Positions 9,459 through 16,088 of a stretch of DNA of 64,000 bases are shown here, piece after piece. Positions within the stretch are counted from its first letter, which is position 1; the number at the start of each line of letters is the position of its first letter. The position numbers were made by a program, and so were the translations under genes. Origin of the DNA: an uncultured Actinomycetota bacterium (GTDB taxonomy: Bacteria > Actinomycetota > Actinomycetes > Mycobacteriales > Nakamurellaceae); contig CAVXYU010000040.1 in NCBI GenBank assembly GCA_963766015.1, positions 137,640 to 201,639 on the forward strand, in the 5' to 3' direction. The notes under the pieces are model-generated. The model did no database searches. It was not told the DNA's origin and saw only the letters and a program-made list of their open reading frames with translations.

Positions 9459-9913
9459 CGGGGCACCCACGCACGGCGGACGGCGCTGGTTGCCAGGTGA
9501 ATCGCGAGATACCCGGCGGCGACGCTGGCGGCCGCGTATTCCAGTGCCAACCGGATCGCTCCGGCGTCGATCATCTTCAGCAGTTCCACCTGCATGGTGG
9601 AGAACGTCGACAACCCGCCGCACAGCCCGGTGCCCAGCAGCGGCCGGCGGTAGCTGGACAGCGGTAGTCGTTCCTGCAGGCGGGTGACGAAATAACCGAG
9701 CAGGAACGCCGCGACGACGTTGACCGCGAACGTGGGCCACGGCCAGCTCGAGGCGGGGTGCGGGAACGCCTCGGACAATCCCGCGCGGAGCAGGGTGCCC
9801 AGCGCCCCTCCGGCGAAGATGGCCGCGACCTCCCGCCTGTCCCACCGCGGCAGGAACCTGGCCGGCCGTCCCCGCTGCACGGTCGGAGTGGGGTCCTGAG
9901 CAGCAGTCGGCAA
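9455..9913 (-). CDS. crcB: Fluoride channel Fluc/CrcB, subunit 1
   Basis: [31 protein letters not shown] motifs; stop overlaps the next GTG. Confidence 0.92.
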   Translation of the reverse strand: MPTAAQDPTPTVQRGRPARFLPRWDRREVAAIFAGGALGTLLRAGLSEAFPHPASSWPWPTFAVNVVAAFLLGYFVTRLQERLPLSSYRRPLLGTGLCGGLSTFSTMQVELLKMIDAGAIRLALEYAAASVAAGYLAIHLATSAVRRAWVPR

Positions 9914-10103
9914 CTGCGTGCCCCCTTCCGTGAATCGGCAGGTCTGTGAGATCGCCAGTATTCAGCGCGGTGTCCTCGGTGGCACCGGCGGACGTCCCGG
10001 GTCATTGTGAAGTGACACACCACTGCAGGCCCAGGGTTCACCTGCTGCGGCTGGCTGCCGCTGCTGAAGCTGGACCGCCGGTGCCGATGAGGGGAGGGAT
10101 CGG

Positions 10104-10451
10104 GTGCACAGCACGTTCCCGGCGTTGCGGATGACGATCCACCTGCACGGTTCTGAGCGTTGGCGGCACCGGCCGTTGGCGGCCGAGATCGTGCACCGCG
10201 CGCACCGTTTCGGGTTGGCCGGTGCCAGCGTGTTCCACGGCTTCCAAGGATTCGGTGCCTCGTCGGTCGTGCACACCCCCGGGTTGATGACCGTCGGGGA
10301 TTTGGCACCGATCGTCATCGTGATCGTCGACGTCCCGGAGAAGATCACCGCGTTCCTGTCGGAGCTGGACGGGTTGATCGAGCATGGAATGCTCACCCTG
10401 GACGATGTCACCGCCGTCCGGTACGACTCGGACACCCTGCCCCGCAGCTGA
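10104..10451 (+). CDS. Single-domain DUF190 (PII-like) protein
   Basis: PLAAEIVHRAHRFGLAGASVFHGFQGFGASSVVHT...APIVIVIVD; alternative ATG at 10131. Confidence 0.85.
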   Translation: MHSTFPALRMTIHLHGSERWRHRPLAAEIVHRAHRFGLAGASVFHGFQGFGASSVVHTPGLMTVGDLAPIVIVIVDVPEKITAFLSELDGLIEHGMLTLDDVTAVRYDSDTLPRS

Positions 10452-10550
10452 TGTCGGCGGTTCCCAATCGCAGCGGACCGTCGTGCCGCACAACGGATCG
10501 GTAAGCATTGCGTGGCAGTTGGAGGTGTGCGCTACCGTGATCGTGCTGTG

Positions 10551-10598
10551 CGGCGGAGGGGCTCGCCGTCATCCGCGATGATCGCCAACGGTCCCTAC
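10551..10598 (+). ncRNA. Fluoride (crcB-motif) riboswitch, variant
   Basis: CGGCG-GA-GGGGCT-CGCCG-TCATCC-GCGA-TGA-TCGC-CAAC-GGTCCC-TAC: P1, P2 and pseudoknot GGGGCT/GGTCCC; followed by an anti-SD hairpin CCTACCTC (10594-10601)/GAGGTGGG (10608-10615). Confidence 0.75.
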
Positions 10599-10619
10599 CT
10601 CTCACCGGAGGTGGGTGCT

Positions 10620-11227
10620 GTGCACGAGTCGAGTAATGCCCGTCTGCTGCTGGTCCGGCATGGCAGGACAGCGTTGAACGCCGCACACCAGTTGCGGGGA
10701 CGTCTGGATCCTGAACTGGATGAGGTTGGCCGCGCCGAGGCCAGTGCCTTGGCCGCGGTACTGGGGCGGTGGGAACCCGTCAGGGTGGTGTCCAGCCCGC
10801 TGCGGCGTGCGCTGCAGACAGCGGAGGCGATCGCCGGCCGGGCCGGTGTGCGGGTGAGTGTTGATCCCGGACTGATCGACCGGGACTACGGGCAGTGGGC
10901 GGCCCACACCACAGATGAGATCGTTGATCAGTGGGGGAGTATCGACCGGGCTCCTGGCGTGGAACCTGTGGAGCGGGTTCTGCACCGGGCCGCCGTCGTG
11001 TTGATGCAGCAGCTGCGGTTCCTGCGCAGCCGACCGGTGGTGCTGGACACCCACGATGCGGTGATCAAGGCGTTGTTGGCGTACCTGGACCCGACCCTTG
11101 GACCGGCGCACGGCATGGACCAACGCACCGGCTGTTGAATGAACTGGTGCACGAGGTCGGCGCTTGGCGGGTCGTGTCGGTGGACCAGCGGCCGGTGACC
11201 GCCCGACCGGTGCCGGGTGCCCGGTGA
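10620..11227 (+). CDS. Histidine phosphatase (phosphoglycerate-mutase-like) family protein; 1-bp deletion near 11136
   Basis: LLVRHGRT, SSPLRRALQTA, DRDYGQW, THDAV motifs; GGAGG at 10607-10611. Restoring one G in TGT-TG(G)-AAT gives QRTGCWNELVHEVGAWRVVSVDQRP to stop 11227. Confidence 0.8.
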
Positions 11228-12537
11228 CCGGCGGTCCGCGCCGCGCTGGGACCGGTGACAATCCCGAGGAGGGGACACCGCTCCAACCGATGACCGCGGC
11301 CGAGAAAGGCCCCGGTGCGCCAACGGAGTCGGGGTGGTTGAACACCGGGGTGGTCAGTGTCGGGGCGGCGTCACTGCTGTCGGACAGCAGCCATGAGATG
11401 GTGACCAGCCTGCTGCCCAGCTTCCTGACCACCACCCTGGGGGCGGGGCCGGCGGCGTTGGGGGCCGTCGACGGGGTCGCCGACGCGTTGACCGGGGTGT
11501 GCAAGCTCGCCGGTGGTCCGCTGGCCAACGACCCGGCCCGCCGTGGGCGGCTCGCCGCGGGCGGGTACCTGGGCACGGCCGTAGCGACGGCGGCGATCGG
11601 CCTGACGGTCGCGGTGTGGCAGGTCGCGGCGCTCCGCGCAGTGGCATGGATCTCCAGGGGTCTGCGGTCCCCGGCGCGGGACATGCTGCTCACCGACCTG
11701 TCTTCCCGTGACACGTACGGGCGGGCGTTCGGGGTGGAACGCGCCGGGGACAACGCGGGCGCGATCATCGGCCCGCTGATGGCCGCGGCCCTGGTCTCTG
11801 TCATCGGGATCCGGGACGCGATGCTGCTGTCCATCATTCCGGGGATCCTGGCGGCGGTAGCGATCACGGTCGCGGCCCGGCAGGTACGCCGGACACTTGC
11901 CGAGTCGACCGGGCGGCGGACGCTCACCCTGAACCTGGGTGAGTTGCGGCAGGCCGGGCTGGTGCGGGTGCTCACCCCGGTGGCGTTGTTCGAGTTGGGG
12001 AACCTGGCCACCACCCTGCTGATCCTGCGGGCCACCGACCTGCTGCAGGCGGGAGGGCGGGACGCCACCGCCGCGGCCAGTCTGGCGATCGTGCTGTACG
12101 CGGCGCACAACGCTGCGGCCAGTGTGGCCTCGATCGGCGGTGGCCACCTCGCCGACCGGTTCACCGCCCGTCACGTGTTCACCGCCGCCGCGGTGCTGTA
12201 CGCCGCCGGGTACACAATCTTCGCGGCCGGCTGGACGAGCTGGCCTGTGCTGCTGGGCGGGTTCCTGCTGAGCGGAATCGGGATCGGGTTCGCCGAAACC
12301 GCCGAATCCACCGTCATCGCCAAGGCACTGCCGGACCGTCTGCGCGCCAACGGGTTCGGTGTGCTCGGCCTGACCCAGGCATTCGGTGATCTGGGGGCAA
12401 CCCTCGTCGCCGGGCTGCTCTGGTCGCTGCTGTCCCCCGCGGTGGCGTTCGGCTACGCGGCGGCGTGGATGGTGGCGTCCGCGGCGGCGTCCGGGCTGCT
12501 CAGGAACAGCACGCGCCACCGCCACGGATTGAGCTGA
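11224..12537 (+). CDS. MFS transporter
   Basis: SLLSDSSHEMVTSLLP, RGLRSPARDMLL, GRAFGVERAGDNAGA, GHLADRF motifs; start GTG 11224 (GTGA overlap) or ATG 11290. Confidence 0.88.
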   Translation: MTGGPRRAGTGDNPEEGTPLQPMTAAEKGPGAPTESGWLNTGVVSVGAASLLSDSSHEMVTSLLPSFLTTTLGAGPAALGAVDGVADALTGVCKLAGGPLANDPARRGRLAAGGYLGTAVATAAIGLTVAVWQVAALRAVAWISRGLRSPARDMLLTDLSSRDTYGRAFGVERAGDNAGAIIGPLMAAALVSVIGIRDAMLLSIIPGILAAVAITVAARQVRRTLAESTGRRTLTLNLGELRQAGLVRVLTPVALFELGNLATTLLILRATDLLQAGGRDATAAASLAIVLYAAHNAAASVASIGGGHLADRFTARHVFTAAAVLYAAGYTIFAAGWTSWPVLLGGFLLSGIGIGFAETAESTVIAKALPDRLRANGFGVLGLTQAFGDLGATLVAGLLWSLLSPAVAFGYAAAWMVASAAASGLLRNSTRHRHGLS

Positions 12538-12615
12538 CCGACCCTTCCAGGGGCGGGCGGACATGCGCGGTGTGTTGACGCGGACACCGCCGACCGCTTC
12601 GGTGGCGCCGTGCGG

Positions 12616-13887
12616 TTACTTGGCCCCGTACGGGATGTCAGGGTTGGTGTCGGCGATCTCTAGCAGCCGGTTGTACTTCGCGACGCGTTCCCCGCGGGCG
12701 GGTGCGCCGGTTTTGATCTGCCCGCATCCGGTGCCGACGGCGAGGTCGGCGATGAAGGTGTCCTCAGTTTCCCCGGACCGGTGGGACACCATCGCGGTGT
12801 ACCCGGCGTCCCGGCACAACCGCATCGCCTCCAGGGTTTCGGTCACAGTGCCGATCTGGTTGACCTTGATCAACGCGGAGTTGGCGATCTTCCGGCCGAT
12901 CGCGTCGGCGATGATCTCCGGGTTGGTGCAGAAGTTGTCGTCACCGACGAGCTGAACCCGGTCGCCCAGCCGCTGAGTGATGGCGATCCAACCGTCCTGG
13001 TCCTGCTCGGCGAGCCCGTCCTCGATGCTCCACACCGGGAACTCGCTGATGATCGACTCGTACCGCTCGATCATGTCGGCGCTGGACAGTGCCTCACCGG
13101 CAACCTGGTAGGCACCGTCACGGTAGAACTCGCTGGCCGCGGGGTCCATTGCGATCGCCACACCTTCCCGACCGGGTGTGTATCCGGCGTCGCTGATCGC
13201 CTGCACCAGGGTTCGCAGCACGTCCTCCGGGGTGCTGATGTCCGGGGCGAACCCACCCTCATCCCCCAGGCCTGTGGCGTACCCGGCGTCGTGCAACAGC
13301 CCCTTCAGTTTGGCGTACACCTGCGCACCCGCGCGGATGGCCTCGGCGATCGACGGCGCACCCAAAGGGGCGATCATGAACTCCTGGAAGTCAAGGCTGT
13401 TCGGGGCGTGCGCACCTCCGTTGACGACATTGAAATGTGGCACCGGTTGGCACGTCGCGACACCGGCCGGGATCAAGGACTGCCATAGCGGGACACCCCT
13501 GCTCGCAGCGTGCGCCCGGTGCGTGGCGATCGAAACCCCGATGATGCCGTTCGCGCCGAGCCGGCCCTTGTTGGGGGTTCCGTCGGCCTCCCGCATGGCC
13601 CGGTCCACCTCGGCCGGGTCGGCGAACGGCTTCCCGATCAGGGTGTCGGCCAGTTCGGTGTTCACGTGACCTACCGCGGTCAGCACACCCTTTCCGCCGT
13701 AACGGCTCTTGTCGCCGTCACGCAGTTCCACCGCCTCACGAGACCCGGTGGACGCACCCGACGGCACCCCGGCACGGGCGGTCGTGCCGTCGTTGAGCGT
13801 CACCGTCACCGCGAGCGTTGGGTTACCCCGGGAATCCAGGATTTCCACCGCGTGCACCGCGGACAACACCAAAGCTGAGTCCGTCAT
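12616..13887 (-). CDS. eno: Enolase (phosphopyruvate hydratase), island-borne copy
   Basis: EILDSRGNPT, PSGASTG, GDEGGF, SHRSGETED, QIKTGA, ERVAKYNRLL; GAGGAG RBS before ATG 13887. Confidence 0.95.
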   Translation of the reverse strand: MTDSALVLSAVHAVEILDSRGNPTLAVTVTLNDGTTARAGVPSGASTGSREAVELRDGDKSRYGGKGVLTAVGHVNTELADTLIGKPFADPAEVDRAMREADGTPNKGRLGANGIIGVSIATHRAHAASRGVPLWQSLIPAGVATCQPVPHFNVVNGGAHAPNSLDFQEFMIAPLGAPSIAEAIRAGAQVYAKLKGLLHDAGYATGLGDEGGFAPDISTPEDVLRTLVQAISDAGYTPGREGVAIAMDPAASEFYRDGAYQVAGEALSSADMIERYESIISEFPVWSIEDGLAEQDQDGWIAITQRLGDRVQLVGDDNFCTNPEIIADAIGRKIANSALIKVNQIGTVTETLEAMRLCRDAGYTAMVSHRSGETEDTFIADLAVGTGCGQIKTGAPARGERVAKYNRLLEIADTNPDIPYGAK

Positions 13888-14358
13888 GAGATCTCCTCTG
13901 ATGGTTGGCCGTACGGCATCAGCCAGCGCGGCATGGATAAAAGTGAACCGGACAAGGGCGTGCAGTGCTTGTTCAGGCACTCCTTGCGACGGACCGAGCC
14001 CCCGACCGCCGCCCGGACGGCGCCAACGCGGGCGCGCCCAATTGCTGGGCCTACCAACGGGATGGCTACGAAGGCCCCGCGGGCGGCGCGGGCGGCGCGG
14101 CGGGCGGACGCTGTCATGGGACGACCACTCCGATGGCGGCGCCGCCAGTGCCCGCGCCGATTCCGGTGCCCCGAGAGTCAACGCGTTCAGCCCCATCGTG
14201 CGGGTTCTCCGGGCCCGGAATGCCCTGAGGGCGGCCGGTGTGAAAAGGCAATACGTCACCATCGCCGTCGCCGCACACCCGCGCCGAGAACGGTTTCCCA
14301 CCCCTGATACCACCAGCAAATTTGCATGCAGTCCTACCCGGGCGCGGTGACTCAACGG

Positions 14359-14414
14359 GTAGGGACTGTTGTCGGCCAAGGCCGAGGTTCGGGTCCGGCG
14401 AGCCCCACCGCCGG
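14359..14414 (-). ncRNA. Fluoride (crcB-motif) riboswitch, variant, upstream of eno
   Basis: Minus strand CCGGCG-GT-GGGGCT-CGCCGG-ACCCGAACC-TCGGCC-TT-GGCCGA-CAAC-AGTCCC-TAC; downstream CGGGTAGGACTG (14329-14340) is complementary to the aptamer 3' strand. Confidence 0.78.
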
Positions 14415-14485
14415 TCAACCAATCGCACCATAACGCACCATGGCGTCCGATTCGGTGCCGGGATCCACGTTGACGTCTCGAACCT

Positions 14486-14560
14486 GATCCGGCGGCAGGT
14501 CGCGGACCAGGTCGGCGGTCTGCTCTGGGCCGACAAGCGACCCGTCCAGGATGACAACTG
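14486..14560 (+). pseudogene. Second integrase C-terminal remnant (direct repeat of 7869-7930)
   Basis: IRRQVADQVGGLLWADKRPVQDDN*; 14486-14547 matches 7869-7930 at 59/62 nt. Confidence 0.8.
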
Positions 14561-14632
14561 AAACTGAGACTAGAGCCCAGTCGGTCGCTTGACCCTGCGC
14601 ACCCGGTTTCCCGTTTGCGCTGGTCACAGGGG

Positions 14633-14717
14633 CGGAGGATGGGGGATTCGAACCCCCGAGGGCGTTAACCCAACACGCTTTCCAAGCGTGCGCCATAGGC
14701 CACTAGGCGAATCCTCC
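14633..14717 (-). tRNA. tRNA-Ser(GGA)
   Basis: GGAGGATTCGCCTAGTGGCCTATGGCGCACGCTTGGAAAGCGTGTTGGGTTAACGCCCTCGGGGGTTCGAATCCCCCATCCTCCG; long variable arm, anticodon GGA. Confidence 0.96.
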
Positions 14718-14830
14718 TGGTGCCGGTGCCGCGCCCACCACCGTGCATCACGCGCGGCGGCGGTGGCAACACCGCGCAGAAGTCTAACGGGCCGGTCGTG
14801 GTGCTCCGGACCATCGCGGTTCGCAGATCG

Positions 14831-15334
14831 TCACGGCCAAAGATCACCGACCGGTACCGAAACCTCCTCGGTACTCCGGCGCCGGCGGAGCACGACCCAC
14901 AGCGCCACAGCCACCAGCAGCAGGAGCACGACGCACGCCAGTGCCCACGGCGACCTTGCGGCCAGCGCAATGGAGGCCTCGACAGCCGCAATTCCGACCG
15001 TGGCGAAGATCAACGCCCAGGCGAGACAACCGATCAGCATGGCGATCGTGTAGCGGAGAAACGGCATCCGGATCAGGCCGGCGCCGGCGTTCACGACGGT
15101 CTGCACGCCGACCGTCAGGAAGGACAACGTGACGAGTGGGGGACCCCAGCGCTGCAAGGCCACGGTCGCTCTGGTCGTCCGTGGGCCGGTGACCTTGGCG
15201 GCGAGCCTGGTGTGCAGCACGCCCGCTCGGACTCCCCGGCCCAGCCAGTAGGTGCCCTGAGCGCGGAGGAGAACGATGCAGAACAGCACGGCCACGGTCA
15301 CCCCGAAGGGCTTGCCCTCGTACCAGCTCGGCAT
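14831..15334 (-). CDS. DedA/VTT-domain membrane protein
   Basis: LRAQGTYWLGR, RWGPPLVTLSFLTVGVQTVVNAGAG..RMPF.RY. Confidence 0.85.
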   Translation of the reverse strand: MPSWYEGKPFGVTVAVLFCIVLLRAQGTYWLGRGVRAGVLHTRLAAKVTGPRTTRATVALQRWGPPLVTLSFLTVGVQTVVNAGAGLIRMPFLRYTIAMLIGCLAWALIFATVGIAAVEASIALAARSPWALACVVLLLLVAVALWVVLRRRRSTEEVSVPVGDLWP

Positions 15335-15469
15335 GGTGTCAGACGTTCCCAGGGGCGGGCGGAGCAATTGCGCTGCTCACGCCGCACCCCCTGGAGGTTT
15401 CGATCCCGGCCGGTGTCTGATGGGCGACCGGATTGTCCGTTCGCCAGGGTAAGGCCTGACAGCGAAAGG

Positions 15470-15658
15470 TCAGGCGGCAAGCGAATCCAGGATGGCGCGG
15501 ACCTCGCGGCTCTCCTCGTCGCTGTAGCGGTCGACGATGGTCTCGATCTCGAGGCGGTCGGATTCGCTCGTGAAGGCGGACAGCTCCTCCACCAGGTGGC
15601 GGTGCTCGGCGCGCTCCGCGCGGTGGGCGGCCAGGGTGTCAAGAAGGTGCAGATGCAT
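15470..15658 (-). CDS. Small hypothetical protein (62 aa)
   Basis: GAGGAG RBS before ATG 15658; high-GC3 codon usage; EELSAFTSESDRLEIETIVDRY. Confidence 0.65.
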   Translation of the reverse strand: MHLHLLDTLAAHRAERAEHRHLVEELSAFTSESDRLEIETIVDRYSDEESREVRAILDSLAA

Positions 15659-15931
15659 GATCTCGTTCTCCTCGTTGTGTCCGGGACCTCCCGTACCTCG
15701 ATGGCCGGCCGTCCCGAAGCGACCTGTTAGATCCATCTGTATCGATTATGCTCCCTGGTCAGAGCCTATTTCGACGATCTTGCATGTGTGCTTCGACGCA
15801 GTGTCGAGGGCCACTCCGGCGCAACCTCGGACGCGGGTTTCCAGGTCGCCGCAGGCCGCTTCGAGCGGTGCGGCTCGCGCTCGGGCCGGCTTGTTTTCGA
15901 AGCCTCGGCGATCCCCGCTACACTTGCCGCC

Positions 15932-16015
15932 GGACCCCCGCGGCGTCCATCTCATCAACCCCCCCAGGGCCGGAAGGCAGCAAGGGTCCGTGAGCTCTGA
16001 CGGGTGCGGGGGTCC
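15932..16015 (+). ncRNA. ffs: Signal recognition particle RNA (4.5S)
   Basis: CAGGGCCGGAAGGCAGCAAGG domain IV motif; terminal GGACCCCCGC/GCGGGGGTCC stem; TACACT -10 at 15919-15924; upstream of dnaX. Confidence 0.95.
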
Positions 16016-16088
16016 CCTTTTGTCTCTCATCCTGCGCGGTTGTGAGTAGGCGGGGCCCGGTGTCGGTGCGCTGCCGTAGCCTCGGTCC

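Larger units (their letters stand above)
7403..14630. mobile_element. Decayed tRNA-Ser-integrated genomic island carrying a fluoride-stress cluster
   Basis: Flanked by the tRNA 3' duplication; integrase C-terminal remnants; AACTGAGAC-like motifs near both ends (~7505-7513 and ~14562-14570). Confidence 0.85.

Noticed and set aside
13905-13950. Third fluoride riboswitch just upstream of eno (GGCTGATGCCGTAC on the minus strand)
   Set aside because: It resembles only the 3' half; I find no P1 stem or pseudoknot partner.
12616-14418. 600-aa extended enolase from the ORF track
   Set aside because: The extension is low-complexity and runs through the riboswitch; the true start is ATG 13887 with a GAGGAG RBS.
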